Below are positions 52,931 through 63,519 of a stretch of DNA of 64,000 nt, in pieces. The stretch lies in the NCBI GenBank assembly GCA_965232515.1, contig CBDDPY010000002.1, positions 4,512,001-4,576,000 on the forward strand. The letters run 5' to 3'. Origin of the DNA: Alphaproteobacteria bacterium. GTDB lineage: Bacteria > Pseudomonadota > Alphaproteobacteria > GCA-2731375. Position 1 is the stretch's first letter. Each line of letters starts with the position of its first letter. The translations under genes were made by a program, and so were the position numbers. A model generated the notes under the pieces. It was given only the letters and a program-made list of their open reading frames with translations. It was not told where the DNA came from and made no database searches.

Positions 52931-53389
52931 ATGGCGAAATCGCGCGGTGCCCCGGCCCGGATCGACGATCCGCGCGGCCTGACGCAGCGGCAGCTGCGCG
53001 TCGGCGAACTGGTGCGCCAGGCGCTGAGCGAGATCCTGACCCGTGGCGAGATCCGCGATCCGGCGCTGCATGACGTCGCGATCACGGTGTCCGAAGCCCG
53101 CGCCAGCGCCGATCTGCGCCATGCCGTCTGTTTCGTCGTGCCGCTGGGCGGCCGCAACACCGATACGGTGGTGGCGGCCCTGAACCGGAATGCCGCCTGG
53201 CTCTCCGGCCAGGTCGCGCGGCGGGTGCAACTGAAATTCGCGCCCCGGGTCAGCTTTAAAGCCGACGAAAGCTTCGATCAGGCCGATCGCATCGGCGCCC
53301 TGCTCCGGCGCGGGGACGTCGCGGCCGATCTGGCATCGGACCATGATGCCGACCCCACCGACGACGGGGACCGGACGGGTGGCCCGTAA
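52931..53389 (+). CDS. rbfA: Ribosome-binding factor A
   Basis: RQLRVGELVR, SADLRHA, LKFAP..F..DESFD. Confidence 0.95.
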   Translation: MAKSRGAPARIDDPRGLTQRQLRVGELVRQALSEILTRGEIRDPALHDVAITVSEARASADLRHAVCFVVPLGGRNTDTVVAALNRNAAWLSGQVARRVQLKFAPRVSFKADESFDQADRIGALLRRGDVAADLASDHDADPTDDGDRTGGP

Positions 53390-54275
53390 GCGTCGGGGAC
53401 GGCCGGTCAACGGCTGGATTGTCCTCGACAAGCCGGCCGGCATGACCTCGACCCGCGCCGTGTCCGAGGTTCGGCGTCTGTTCCAGGCCGCTAAGGCCGG
53501 GCATGCGGGGACGCTCGATCCGCTGGCCACGGGCGTGCTGCCGATCGCGCTCGGCGAGGCGACCAAAGCCATGGCCTTTGTCGTTGATTCCGGCAAGACC
53601 TATCGTTTCAGCCTGTGCTGGGGCCAGGAACGCGATACCGACGATTCCGAGGGCGGTGTCGTGGCGGAGTCGGCCGAACGGCCGGAACGGGAGGCGGTCG
53701 AGCGGGCGCTTGCCGATTTCGTGGGCGAGATCCGTCAGCGGCCGCCGGCCTATTCGGCCATCAAGGTCGACGGCGAGCGGGCCTACGATCTGGCCCGGGC
53801 GGGAAGCCCGCCCGAGCTGGAACCGCGCATTGTCCGGATCGACGCGTTGCGTCTGGTCGATTGGCAGCCGCCCGACGCGGCCAGCTTCGAGATGTGCTGC
53901 GGCAAGGGGGCCTATGTGCGGGCCATCGCCCGGGACCTCGGCCGCGCGCTGGGCTGTCTGGCCTACGTCTCGGCCCTGCGCCGGACCCGGGTCGGACCGT
54001 TTGACGAGGCGGCTGCAATTTCGCTGGATAAATTACAGACCATCGGGCATAAAGAGCCGCCCGAAGGGGCATTGTTGCCGGTTGAGACCGCGCTGGCCGA
54101 CATCCCGGCGCTGGCCGTGACCGGCTCGGAGGCTTCCCGACTTAGATGTGGGCAGGCCGTCCGGGTACCCAGCAGTATGGAAGGCACGATATACGCCACA
54201 GCCGAAGGTCGGCCCGTGGCACTCGCCCAGATTTCGGGCGGAGAAGTGCGTCCGGTGCGGGTATTTAACCTCTGA
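53379..54275 (+). CDS. truB: tRNA pseudouridine(55) synthase
   Basis: LDKPAGMTS, GHAGTLDPLATGVL, PPAYSAIK, KGAYVR. Confidence 0.96.
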   Translation: MARKRRGRPVNGWIVLDKPAGMTSTRAVSEVRRLFQAAKAGHAGTLDPLATGVLPIALGEATKAMAFVVDSGKTYRFSLCWGQERDTDDSEGGVVAESAERPEREAVERALADFVGEIRQRPPAYSAIKVDGERAYDLARAGSPPELEPRIVRIDALRLVDWQPPDAASFEMCCGKGAYVRAIARDLGRALGCLAYVSALRRTRVGPFDEAAAISLDKLQTIGHKEPPEGALLPVETALADIPALAVTGSEASRLRCGQAVRVPSSMEGTIYATAEGRPVALAQISGGEVRPVRVFNL

Positions 54276-54293
54276 CCGACAGGAGTTTTGACG

Positions 54294-54563
54294 ATGTCGA
54301 TCACAGCCGAGCGTAAAGGCGAGCTCATCAAGGAGTTCGCGGTAAAGGACGGCGACACAGGCTCGCCGGAAGTACAGGTGGCCATCCTGACCGAACGGAT
54401 CGTCAACCTGACGGAGCATTTCAAGACCCACAAGAAAGACAATCACTCGCGTCGCGGGCTGCTGAAGATGGTCAGCCAGCGTCGGCGGCTGCTCGACTAC
54501 CTCAAGCGCAAGGACAGCGCCCGGTATGAGCAGGTGATCAAGCGGCTTGGCCTCCGCAAGTAA
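54294..54563 (+). CDS. rpsO: 30S ribosomal protein S15
   Basis: [27 protein letters not shown]; AGGAG RBS. Confidence 0.98.
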   Translation: MSITAERKGELIKEFAVKDGDTGSPEVQVAILTERIVNLTEHFKTHKKDNHSRRGLLKMVSQRRRLLDYLKRKDSARYEQVIKRLGLRK

Positions 54564-54747
54564 CGGCCACACGGTGTCACGACAGCGGTCGATCGGCCAT
54601 GGCCGTCGACGGAACGATCCGGTGACCCCGGTCCGGCAACGGGCCGGTGCGGTCGCGCGGATGCGTTGCTGCGTGCCGCGCAGGTAAGCAATGGGCCGGC
54701 GGCGCAAGGGCGCCGTGTGACGGCCACGACCGAAGAAAGAAGAGAGA

Positions 54748-56889
54748 ATGTTCAACATACATCGCAAGGAACTGGATTGGGGCGGGCGCAAGCTCGTGAT
54801 CGAGACTGGCCGCATGGCCCGGCAATCCGATGGCGCCGTACTGGTGACCTACGACGAGACCGCCGTATTGTGCACGGCCGTCGCCGCCAAGGAGCCGCGC
54901 GCCGGCATCGATTTCTTCCCTCTCACCGTTCACTATGTCGAGAAGACCTACGCCGCCGGAAAAATCCCCGGCGGCTTTTTCAAGCGTGAAGGCCGGCCCG
55001 CGGAAAAGGAGGTCTTGACCTCACGCCTGATCGACCGGCCGATCCGGCCGTTGTTCGCACCGGGTTTCCGGAACGAAACCCAGATCATCTGTACGACGCT
55101 CAGCCACGATCTGGAGAACGATCCCGATATCGTGGCGATGATCGGCACCTCGGCCGCGCTTACCTTGTCGGGCATCCCGTTCATGGGTCCGATCGGCGCC
55201 GCCCGGGTCGGTTACATCGATGGTCAGTATGTGCTCAATCCGCGTCTGGACGAACTGCCGTCCAGCGACCTCGACATGGTCGTCGCCGGCACGCCGGACG
55301 CGGTGATGATGGTCGAATCCGAGGCCAAGGAGCTGTCGGAAGACGTCATGCTGGGCGCGGTGATGTTCGCCCATCGTGAGTTCCAGCCAGTGATCAACGC
55401 GATCATCGAGCTGGCCGAAGCCTGCGCCAAGGAGCCCTGGGATCTGCCGGAACCGGTCGATCACGGCGATCTGGCCGACAGGCTCGCCGCCCTGGTCGAG
55501 ACCGATCTGCGCAGCGCCTATGCCGAGCCGGTAAAGCAGGCCCGGGTCGAGAAGATCGCTGCCGTGAAGAGCCGCGCCGTCGAGAGTCTGGCCGGCGAGG
55601 AAGCGGGCGATACGGCCGCAGACCCAAGCGATGTCGGCGATCTGTTCAAGAAGCTCGAGAAGAACGTGGTCCGGGGCCAGATCCTGGATACCGGCAACCG
55701 CATTGATGGCCGCGATACCCGGACGGTACGGCCGATCGTTTCCGAAGTCGGCGTGCTGCCCCGCACCCATGGCGCTGCCCTGTTCACGCGTGGCGAGACG
55801 CAGGCCCTGGTGGTGACGACGCTCGGCACCGGCGAGGATGAGCAGTTCGTCGATGCGCTCGAGGGCGAGTACCGGCAGCACTTCATGCTGCACTACAATT
55901 TCCCGCCCTATTCCGTCGGCGAAGCCGGACGGTTCGGCTTCACCGGCCGACGCGAAATCGGCCACGGCAAGCTGGCCTGGCGGGCGCTGCACGCCGTGCT
56001 GCCGGACAAGGAAGAATTCCCCTACACGATCCGCATCGTCTCGGAGATTACCGAGTCGAACGGCTCGTCGTCGATGGCGACGGTTTGCGGCGCGTCATTG
56101 TCCATGATGGACGCCGGCGTGCCGTTGGCGCGGCCCGTAGCCGGCATCGCCATGGGCCTGATTCTCGAAGGCGAGAAGTACGCAATACTGTCGGACATCC
56201 TTGGCGACGAGGATCATCTCGGCGACATGGACTTCAAGGTCGCCGGCACCACCGACGGCGTCACCTCGCTGCAGATGGACATCAAGGTTGCCGGCATCAC
56301 CGAAGCGATCATGCGCGATGCGCTGTCGCAGGCCCAGGAAGGCCGCCTGCACATTCTCGGCGAGATGGGCAAGGCGATCGGTGAGTCACGGCCGGATCTG
56401 AAGAAGACCGCGCCGCGCATTCACGCCATGAAGATCAACACCGACAAGATCCGCGACGTGATCGGCAGCGGCGGCAAGGTGATCCGCGAGATCACCGAGA
56501 AGACCGGCAGCAAGATCGATATCGGCGATGACGGTACGATCAAAATCGCCTCGCCGAACCAGGAGAACATCGACGCGGCGGTGAAGTGGATCAGCGATAT
56601 CGTGGCCGAGCCAGAAGTCGGCGTGATCTACCGCGGCAAGGTGGTCAAGGTCGTCGATTTCGGCGCCTTCATCAACTTCATCGGCAACCGGGACGGCCTC
56701 TGCCACATTTCCGAGCTGGCGCCTTACCGCGTCAAGCAGGTGACGGACATCATCAAGGAAGGCGATGAGGTCTGGGTCAAGTGCCTGGGTATCGACGATC
56801 GCGGCAAGGTGCGCCTGTCGATGAAGGTCGTCGATCAGGAAACCGGCCAGGAGATCGCGCCGCAAGCCCAAGAGGCGGGCGCCGAATAA
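54748..56889 (+). CDS. pnp: Polyribonucleotide nucleotidyltransferase
   Basis: [37 protein letters not shown]; KH and S1 domains. Confidence 0.98.
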   Translation: MFNIHRKELDWGGRKLVIETGRMARQSDGAVLVTYDETAVLCTAVAAKEPRAGIDFFPLTVHYVEKTYAAGKIPGGFFKREGRPAEKEVLTSRLIDRPIRPLFAPGFRNETQIICTTLSHDLENDPDIVAMIGTSAALTLSGIPFMGPIGAARVGYIDGQYVLNPRLDELPSSDLDMVVAGTPDAVMMVESEAKELSEDVMLGAVMFAHREFQPVINAIIELAEACAKEPWDLPEPVDHGDLADRLAALVETDLRSAYAEPVKQARVEKIAAVKSRAVESLAGEEAGDTAADPSDVGDLFKKLEKNVVRGQILDTGNRIDGRDTRTVRPIVSEVGVLPRTHGAALFTRGETQALVVTTLGTGEDEQFVDALEGEYRQHFMLHYNFPPYSVGEAGRFGFTGRREIGHGKLAWRALHAVLPDKEEFPYTIRIVSEITESNGSSSMATVCGASLSMMDAGVPLARPVAGIAMGLILEGEKYAILSDILGDEDHLGDMDFKVAGTTDGVTSLQMDIKVAGITEAIMRDALSQAQEGRLHILGEMGKAIGESRPDLKKTAPRIHAMKINTDKIRDVIGSGGKVIREITEKTGSKIDIGDDGTIKIASPNQENIDAAVKWISDIVAEPEVGVIYRGKVVKVVDFGAFINFIGNRDGLCHISELAPYRVKQVTDIIKEGDEVWVKCLGIDDRGKVRLSMKVVDQETGQEIAPQAQEAGAE

Positions 56890-56937
56890 GCGCGCGCCTT
56901 CGGGCGAATTCAGTTTGGGGGTCAGTCTGGGAGACGG

Positions 56938-56967
56938 AAAAGCGCGGGCCAAAGCCCGCGCTTTTTT
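56938..56967 (+). terminator. Intrinsic, probably bidirectional, terminator between convergent pnp and fabI
   Basis: AAAAGCGCGGGC-CAAA-GCCCGCGCTTTTTT. Confidence 0.9.
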
Positions 56968-57000
56968 CGTTTCGGATGCGGCGCCCTGGTTCCCTTGGCC

Positions 57001-57840
57001 TCAGGACGAGCCGTTGTTCGGATTTGGAATGCCGACGACGTGGAAGCCCGCGTCCACGTGCATGACCTCGCCGGTGACGCCTCGGGACAGATCGCTCAAC
57101 AGATAGAGCGCGGCCGAGCCGACCTCGTCGAGCTGTACGTTGCGCCGCAACGGTGCGTGGTCGCGATTGTAATGATAGACGTAACGGGCATCGCCGATCG
57201 CCGAGCCGGCCAGCGTGCGCATCGGACCGGCAGACAGCGCGTTGACCCGGATCGAGCGCGGGCCGAGATCGTTGGCGAGATACCGCACGCTCGCTTCCAA
57301 CGCCGCTTTGGCAACGCCCATCACGTTATAGCTCGGCATCACGCGTTCGGCGCCGAGATAGGTCAACGTCACCAGGCTGCCGCCGTTCGTCATCAGCGCA
57401 GCCGCGCGTCGGGCGATGTCGGTGAACGAATAGCAGGAGATGCGCATGGTCCGCGCGAAGTTCTGCCGCGTCGTGTCGACATAACGGCCGCGCAGCTCGT
57501 TCTTGTCGGAATAGGCGACGGCGTGAACCACGAAGTCGAGGCTGCCCCAACTGTCCGCCAGCGTCGCGAACGCGTCATCCAGCGTCGCCGCGTTCTCCAC
57601 GTCGCAGGGCATGATCAGGTCCGCGCCCGTCGACTTCGCCAACGGTTCGACCCGCTTGCGCAGCGCATCGTCCTGATAGGTAAAGGCCATGGCGGCGCCG
57701 TGCCGCGCCAGCATGCGGGCAATACCCCAGGCTATGGAGTGATCGTTCGCGACCCCAATGACAAGCCCCCGCTTGCCGGCCATCAGCCCCTGCTTTTCAC
57801 CGGCCCCTGACATCTGCTCATTTTCGACTGGTTGTCTCAT
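57001..57840 (-). CDS. fabI: Enoyl-ACP reductase (start uncertain)
   Basis: GVANDHSIAWGI, YNVMGVAKAALE, SAGPMRTLA. Confidence 0.95.
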   Translation of the reverse strand: MRQPVENEQMSGAGEKQGLMAGKRGLVIGVANDHSIAWGIARMLARHGAAMAFTYQDDALRKRVEPLAKSTGADLIMPCDVENAATLDDAFATLADSWGSLDFVVHAVAYSDKNELRGRYVDTTRQNFARTMRISCYSFTDIARRAAALMTNGGSLVTLTYLGAERVMPSYNVMGVAKAALEASVRYLANDLGPRSIRVNALSAGPMRTLAGSAIGDARYVYHYNRDHAPLRRNVQLDEVGSAALYLLSDLSRGVTGEVMHVDAGFHVVGIPNPNNGSS

Positions 57841-57897
57841 GCCTTTCCCGGTCGACGACGACCCCATGTACCGTAGTTACGTTACGACGTCGGTCGG

Positions 57898-59115
57898 TCA
57901 GTTTTCGTGACGCTTGAACACCAATGTCGCATTCGTTCCCCCAAATCCGAAACTGTTGGACATCACGTGTTTGAGACCGGCGTTGTCGCGGCGTTCCAGC
58001 ACGATCGGCGAGTTGGCGAATTCCGGATCCAGATTCTCGACATTGGCCGACGCCGCGATGAAGTCATGCTCCAGCATCAGCAGCGTATAAATCGCCTCAT
58101 GCACCCCTGCCGCGCCCTGACTGTGGCCGGTCAATGACTTGGTCGAGCTGATTGGCGGCACGTCGTTGCCGAAAGCCTGGTGGATGGCGTCGGTCTCTCG
58201 GATATCGCCGATCGGCGTGCTGGTGCCGTGCGCATTGATGTAATCGATGCGTCCGTCGACGTCGGTCAAGGCCTGACGCATGCAACGCACCGCCCCCTCG
58301 CCTGACGGCTGGACCATGTCGAGGCCGTCCGAGGTCGCGCCATAGCCGACCAATTCACCGTAGATCTTGGCGCCGCGCGCCAGAGCGTGTTCCAATTCCT
58401 CCAGCACGACGACGCCGCCGCCGCCCGAGATCACGAAGCCGTCCCGGTCGACATCGTAGGCGCGCGAAGCTTTCGCCGGCGTGTCGTTGAACTTGGACGA
58501 CATGGCGCCCATGCCGTCAAACAGCACGGACAGCGTCCAGTCCAACTCCTCGCCGCCGCCGGCAAAGACAATGTCCTGTCGGTTGAGTCGGATCAGGTCC
58601 GCGCCCTGACCGATACAATGGGCGCTGGTGGCGCACGCGGCGCTGATCGAGTAGGAGACGCCTTTGATCTTGAATTCGGTGGAGAGGCAGGCCGAGTTCG
58701 TGCTCGACATGCAGCGCGGCACCATATAGGGGCCGACGCGCTTCGGCCCCTTCTCCCGCGCCGTATCTGCGGCCAGGACCTGATTCTTGGTGGACGGCCC
58801 GCCGGAGCCCATGATCAGGCCGGTGCGCTCATTCGAAATCAGGCTTTCGTCCAGCCCGGCGTCGGCGATCGCTTCCTGCATCGACAGGTAGTTGTAGGCA
58901 GCGCCATCGCCCATGAAGCGTTTGACCTTGCGGTCGATGGCCGCGTCCAGATCGACTTTCAGCGTGCCGTGCACATGGCAGCGAAAGCCCATGTCGCGGT
59001 ACACCTCGGCGAACTCGATGCCCGACCGGCCCTCGCGCAACGCCTGCAGGACTTCGTCCTTGTTGTTGCCGATGCTGGAAACGATGCCAAGGCCCGTAAC
59101 GACGATGCGACGCAT
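57898..59115 (-). CDS. fabB: 3-oxoacyl-ACP synthase I
   Basis: [41 protein letters not shown]. Confidence 0.96.
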   Translation of the reverse strand: MRRIVVTGLGIVSSIGNNKDEVLQALREGRSGIEFAEVYRDMGFRCHVHGTLKVDLDAAIDRKVKRFMGDGAAYNYLSMQEAIADAGLDESLISNERTGLIMGSGGPSTKNQVLAADTAREKGPKRVGPYMVPRCMSSTNSACLSTEFKIKGVSYSISAACATSAHCIGQGADLIRLNRQDIVFAGGGEELDWTLSVLFDGMGAMSSKFNDTPAKASRAYDVDRDGFVISGGGGVVVLEELEHALARGAKIYGELVGYGATSDGLDMVQPSGEGAVRCMRQALTDVDGRIDYINAHGTSTPIGDIRETDAIHQAFGNDVPPISSTKSLTGHSQGAAGVHEAIYTLLMLEHDFIAASANVENLDPEFANSPIVLERRDNAGLKHVMSNSFGFGGTNATLVFKRHEN

Positions 59116-59124
59116 ATGCTGTTC

Positions 59125-59652
59125 CTATCCCGACGCGGTCTCGGCAAACAGCCCGACTCGAAGATCCTGCACTTCACAGGCCGTCTCGCCGTCGGCTTTC
59201 ACGACGCCATCGGCGATGCCCATGACGAGTCTGCGGTTGATCACCCGTTTGACGTCAATGTTGAAGGTGACCTTTTTCACCGTGGGCAGGATCTGGCTCG
59301 AGAGCCGGACCGAACCGGTGCTGATCGCGCGGCCTTTACCCGGGAGGCCGAGCCAACCGAGAAAGAACCCGACCAATTGCCACATCGCATCGAGACCAAG
59401 ACAGCCTGGCATCACCGGATCGGATTCGAAATGGCAATCGAAAAACCAAAGATCCGGCCGGATATCCAGTTCGGCCACCAGCTCGCCTTTGCCGTAGCTG
59501 CCGCCGGTGTCGGCGATCCGCAGAATGCGGTCGACCATCAGCATCGGTGGCAGGGGCAGACGCGCGTTGCCGGGCCCGAACAGCAGTCCGTGCGCGCAGG
59601 CAATCAGGTCCTCGTACGTATAGCTCGATTTCGGCGTAAAGACGTTCGTCAC
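59125..59652 (-). CDS. fabA: 3-hydroxydecanoyl-ACP dehydratase/isomerase
   Basis: [33 protein letters not shown]. Confidence 0.95.
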   Translation of the reverse strand: MTNVFTPKSSYTYEDLIACAHGLLFGPGNARLPLPPMLMVDRILRIADTGGSYGKGELVAELDIRPDLWFFDCHFESDPVMPGCLGLDAMWQLVGFFLGWLGLPGKGRAISTGSVRLSSQILPTVKKVTFNIDVKRVINRRLVMGIADGVVKADGETACEVQDLRVGLFAETASG

Positions 59653-59930
59653 AGTATGTCTTCGGAAGTGTAATTCAGCGTTGTCGATCGGCAGTCGCAA
59701 TCCAGGCGATGCTGCAATTCAAGGCGCGCGACTATAACCCAAATGGGACACATCACAAATGCCAGCGTTGTGATGCTGAAAAAATGTCAAGCATTGCCTT
59801 GATCGACAAGGATTTTTCGCCGAGCGAAGGAAATTCCTGTCTTCGGAGGGTTAGACACCTGTTTGAAACGACTATAAAGAACCCTATATTTCCCCCATGA
59901 TGTTGGCGTTCGACCGTTAGGAATCTAGCC

Positions 59931-60347
59931 ATGCCGCATACGCGTCCATTTGCGGAAGTGTTAACCAAGCTTCGCGGTGTCGGGCTGCGCCCCACGCGGC
60001 AGCGGCTGGCGCTTGCCAAGTTGTTGTTTGATGGCAGCGACCGGCATGTGAGCGCCGAAACCCTGCATGACGAGGCCGCGGACGCCGGCGTCGCGGTCAG
60101 CCTGGCGACGGTCTATAACACCTTGCATCAATTCACCGAGGCGGGACTGCTGCGCGAGGTGGTCGTCGATTCGGGCCGGACGTATTTCGATACCAATACC
60201 AGCGAGCATCATCACTTCTTTTTCGAGGAAAACGGTGCGCTGCAGGATATTTCTGGCGACAGCATCGGCGTTGCGAATCTACCGCCGGCGCCGGAAGGGA
60301 CCGAAATCAGCAGCGTTGAAGTCGTGATCCGGCTGCGGAATCGCTGA
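59931..60347 (+). CDS. irr: Iron response regulator Irr (Fur family)
   Basis: GLRPTRQR, SLATVYNTLHQF, YFDTNTSEHHHFF; divergent from fabA as is typical. Confidence 0.93.
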   Translation: MPHTRPFAEVLTKLRGVGLRPTRQRLALAKLLFDGSDRHVSAETLHDEAADAGVAVSLATVYNTLHQFTEAGLLREVVVDSGRTYFDTNTSEHHHFFFEENGALQDISGDSIGVANLPPAPEGTEISSVEVVIRLRNR

Positions 60348-60387
60348 CCCGCAGACTCCTCCTGAAATTCAAGTCACTGAAAACACA

Positions 60388-60404
60388 CTTAGAATCGTTC
60401 TAAT
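60388..60404. promoter_or_regulatory. Iron control element (ICE / Irr box) upstream of rbr
   Basis: CTTAGAA-TCG-TTCTAAT versus consensus TTTAGAA-N3-TTCTAAA; adjacent to a TTGACC-N17-TATATC promoter (60408..60436). Confidence 0.8.
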
Positions 60405-60591
60405 GTGTTGACCCTGCTTGCCGACAGCGCTATATCTCGGATTAGCGCGGTTGGTCGCAGGCGCGGAACCGTTGTACGCGCAGCCGTCCGGCCTGCCGCC
60501 GCGTGTCGTAAATCAGCAGCCGGCGCTTGTCGACGTCGCCCGACGTCGGCGCTGGCCGATGATCTGAAGTCGAGGAGGATGGAGAACCCAT

Positions 60592-61011
60592 ATGTCGCTC
60601 AAGGGCAGCAAAACCGAACAGAACCTGAAAGACGCATTCGCCGGCGAAAGCCAGGCCAACCGGCGGTATCTTTATTTCGCTCAAAAGGCCGATGTCGAAG
60701 GCTACAACGATGTCGCCGCCGTATTCCGCTCGACCGCCGAAGGCGAGACAGGCCATGCCCACGGCCATCTGGAGTATCTTGAAGAGGTTGGCGATCCGGC
60801 GACGGGCGAGCCGATCGGTTCTACCGGCTTGAACCTGAAGGCAGCCATCGCCGGCGAGACGCACGAATACACGGACATGTATCCGGGTATGGCGCGGACT
60901 GCTCGCGAGGAAGGCTTCGAGGAGATCGCCGACTGGTTCGAGACCCTGGCGAAGGCCGAGAAGAGCCACGCCGGTCGGTTCCAGAAAGCGTTCGACACGC
61001 TCGACGACTGA
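60592..61011 (+). CDS. rbr: Short rubrerythrin (no rubredoxin domain)
   Basis: [34 protein letters not shown]; 139 aa; no CxxC tail. Confidence 0.93.
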   Translation: MSLKGSKTEQNLKDAFAGESQANRRYLYFAQKADVEGYNDVAAVFRSTAEGETGHAHGHLEYLEEVGDPATGEPIGSTGLNLKAAIAGETHEYTDMYPGMARTAREEGFEEIADWFETLAKAEKSHAGRFQKAFDTLDD

Positions 61012-61162
61012 TCGTTGTCCGCCGCTGGACCAAGGTTCGGCGGCGACCAGTCGATTTGGGAAGGGGCCCGGTCACCGTGCCCTTTCCCTGCTCGTCCGAT
61101 GGTTGCGTTTACGCGGCCGTCGACGTCGGCATCTCGGCTTGCCGTTCTGAAAGAGGCAGGAA

Positions 61163-62506
61163 GTGAAAGAAGGCAGCACTGAAGCGCCGATCCGCCATCC
61201 GTTGGACTGGCAAAGCCCCGAATTTCTCGATCAGGAGAAAATAGAGGACGAGATGGAGCGGGTATTCGACATCTGCCATGGATGTCGGCGCTGCTTCAAT
61301 CTCTGCGACAGCTTTCCACGCCTGTTCGACCTGATCGACGAATCCGACACGGGCGAGCTGGATTCCGTCGATCGCAAGGACTACAAGCCGGTCGTGGACG
61401 CCTGCACGCTTTGCGACCTGTGCTTCATGACCAAGTGCCCTTACGTGCCGCCGCATGAATTCAACCTGGATTTTCCACACTTGATGTTGCGCTATCGGGC
61501 GGCCGAGCTGGCCAAGGGCGGCGTGCCGTTCACGCGCAAGCAGATGGCCGAGACGGATCGCAACGGTCGCATGGCGGGCATGATGTCGCCGGTCGCGAAC
61601 TGGGCCACGGCCGAGGGCAACGGGCTGACGCGGCCGCTGCTGGAGGCGACCGCCGGCATACATCGCGACGCCGCGTTGCCGAAGTTCCATGGCAACACCT
61701 TTGTCAAGCAGGCCAAGGCCGCGCCGCCGCCGGTCAATGCCGGCGCGCCCGCGCATGGACGCAAGGCCGTGCTCTACGCCACCTGCTTCGCCAACTACAA
61801 CGATCCGGACATTGGCCGCGCCGCCCAGGCGGTGCTGTCCCGCAACGGTGTCGAGACCGAGGTCGTCTACCCCTCGTGCTGCGGCATGCCGATGTGGGAG
61901 CAGGGCAATATTGCGCAGGTGGCCGAAAACGCCCGCAAGGTGGCCGCCGAGATGCAACCGTGGCTGGATAAGGGCTACGACATCATTGCTCTGGTGCCGT
62001 CGTGCGCGCTGATGCTGAAATTCGAGTGGCCGCTGGCGCTGCCGGACGATGCCGAGGTAAAGCGGCTGTCCGAGCAGACCTTCGATATCTCCGAGTACAT
62101 CGTCGATATCGCCCGCAAGGAGGGGTTGGCCGACGGCCTCAGTCCGCTGCAAGGCGGCGTGATGCTGCACTTCGCTTGCCATGCCCGGGCCCAGAACATG
62201 GGGCCGAAGGGCGCCGATATGTTGCGGCTGATCCCTGACACCGAGATCGGCGTGATCGAGCGCTGCTCGGGCCATGGCGGCGCCATGGGTGTGATGAAGG
62301 ATTTCTTCGAGACCGGACTCAAGGTTGGCAAGCCGGTAGCGCGGCAGGCGCGCAAGTCCGGCAAGGCGCATGTGGTTTCCGAATGCCCGCTCGCCAGCGA
62401 CCATATCCGCCAGGGCATGGAGCGCGTGGACGGTGAGGGCGAAGCGCCGAAAACCGTGGCGCATCCGATCCTGCTGTTCGCCCGCGCCTACGGCGTCAGC
62501 TTGTAA
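61163..62506 (+). CDS. Rubrerythrin-associated Fe-S oxidoreductase (GlpC/HdrD-like, CCG domains)
   Basis: [41 protein letters not shown]. Confidence 0.9.
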   Translation: MKEGSTEAPIRHPLDWQSPEFLDQEKIEDEMERVFDICHGCRRCFNLCDSFPRLFDLIDESDTGELDSVDRKDYKPVVDACTLCDLCFMTKCPYVPPHEFNLDFPHLMLRYRAAELAKGGVPFTRKQMAETDRNGRMAGMMSPVANWATAEGNGLTRPLLEATAGIHRDAALPKFHGNTFVKQAKAAPPPVNAGAPAHGRKAVLYATCFANYNDPDIGRAAQAVLSRNGVETEVVYPSCCGMPMWEQGNIAQVAENARKVAAEMQPWLDKGYDIIALVPSCALMLKFEWPLALPDDAEVKRLSEQTFDISEYIVDIARKEGLADGLSPLQGGVMLHFACHARAQNMGPKGADMLRLIPDTEIGVIERCSGHGGAMGVMKDFFETGLKVGKPVARQARKSGKAHVVSECPLASDHIRQGMERVDGEGEAPKTVAHPILLFARAYGVSL

Positions 62507-62529
62507 GTCTTCGAATCCGAGGTATCCAG

Positions 62530-63126
62530 ATGATGGCAAAGCACGAGATCACCAGCGCCGACATCATGCCGATCGTCGAGTACGGCAAGATCCGGCGGGC
62601 GCACCGGCAGGAGCTGATCGCGCGCAAGAAACACCGCCGGCTCGAGGTCGGTCCATTGGCGACCTTCTATTTCGAGAACTACGACACCATGTGGTCGCAG
62701 ATCCACGAGATGCTGTGGATCGAAAAGGGCGGCGAAGAACAGGTCGCCGACGAGTTGGACGCATACAATCCGTTGATTCCGAAGGGCCGCGAACTGGTTG
62801 CGACGATGATGTTCGAAATCGACGACCCGCGGCGGCGCGCGCAGGTGCTGTCCCGGCTCGGGCAGGTCGAGGAAACCGTGACCCTGCGCATCGGCGGCGA
62901 GACCGTGGCGGCGCTGCCGGATTTGCAGGACGGCGTCGAGCGCACGACGTCGGACGGCAAGACGTCGTCCATCCACTTTCTGCACTTCCCATTCACGGAT
63001 GCGCAGGCGGCGAAGTTCCGGGACGCCGACACCGAGGTTATCCTCGGCGTCGGGCACGAGAACTATGCCCATATGGCGGTCATGCCCAAGGCCATGCGCG
63101 CCGAGCTGTCGAAAGATCTCGACTAG
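62530..63126 (+). CDS. DUF3501 family protein
   Basis: KKHRR, FENYDT..QIHEML..EK, AYNPLIP, KTSSIHF; follows rbr and the Fe-S oxidoreductase. Confidence 0.85.
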   Translation: MMAKHEITSADIMPIVEYGKIRRAHRQELIARKKHRRLEVGPLATFYFENYDTMWSQIHEMLWIEKGGEEQVADELDAYNPLIPKGRELVATMMFEIDDPRRRAQVLSRLGQVEETVTLRIGGETVAALPDLQDGVERTTSDGKTSSIHFLHFPFTDAQAAKFRDADTEVILGVGHENYAHMAVMPKAMRAELSKDLD

Positions 63127-63195
63127 CCATCTGCTTGGCAGGGTCGAAACGGATTTGTAGGCTCAGGGAATTGATTTACCGATCAGAGATAGCCC

Positions 63196-63510
63196 TTGGG
63201 CCGCATCGTCATTGCCTGCTACCGGCCGAAACCCGGCCATGAAGCCGACCTGGCGCGGCTGGTCGACGGTCATGTCGATATGCTCCGCTCGCTGGGTCTG
63301 GTGACGGACCGCGCGCCCGTGGCGATGCAGGCTGACGACGGCACGATCGTCGAGGTCTTCGAGTGGGCGTCGGCCAAGGCGATCGAGCAGGCGCATGCCG
63401 ACCCGGCGGTGCAACAGCTCTGGACCGAGTTCGCCGCCGTTTGCGACTATGTGCCGATCGCTGGCGTCGCGGAGGCCAAGAACCTGTTTTCCGAATTCAC
63501 GCCGCTCTGA
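63196..63510 (+). CDS. Small hypothetical protein, dimeric alpha/beta-barrel (ABM-like)
   Basis: YRPKPG.E, EVFEWAS..AIEQAH..PAV pattern; TTG start. Confidence 0.65.
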   Translation: MGRIVIACYRPKPGHEADLARLVDGHVDMLRSLGLVTDRAPVAMQADDGTIVEVFEWASAKAIEQAHADPAVQQLWTEFAAVCDYVPIAGVAEAKNLFSEFTPL

Positions 63511-63519
63511 AGCTGGGCA

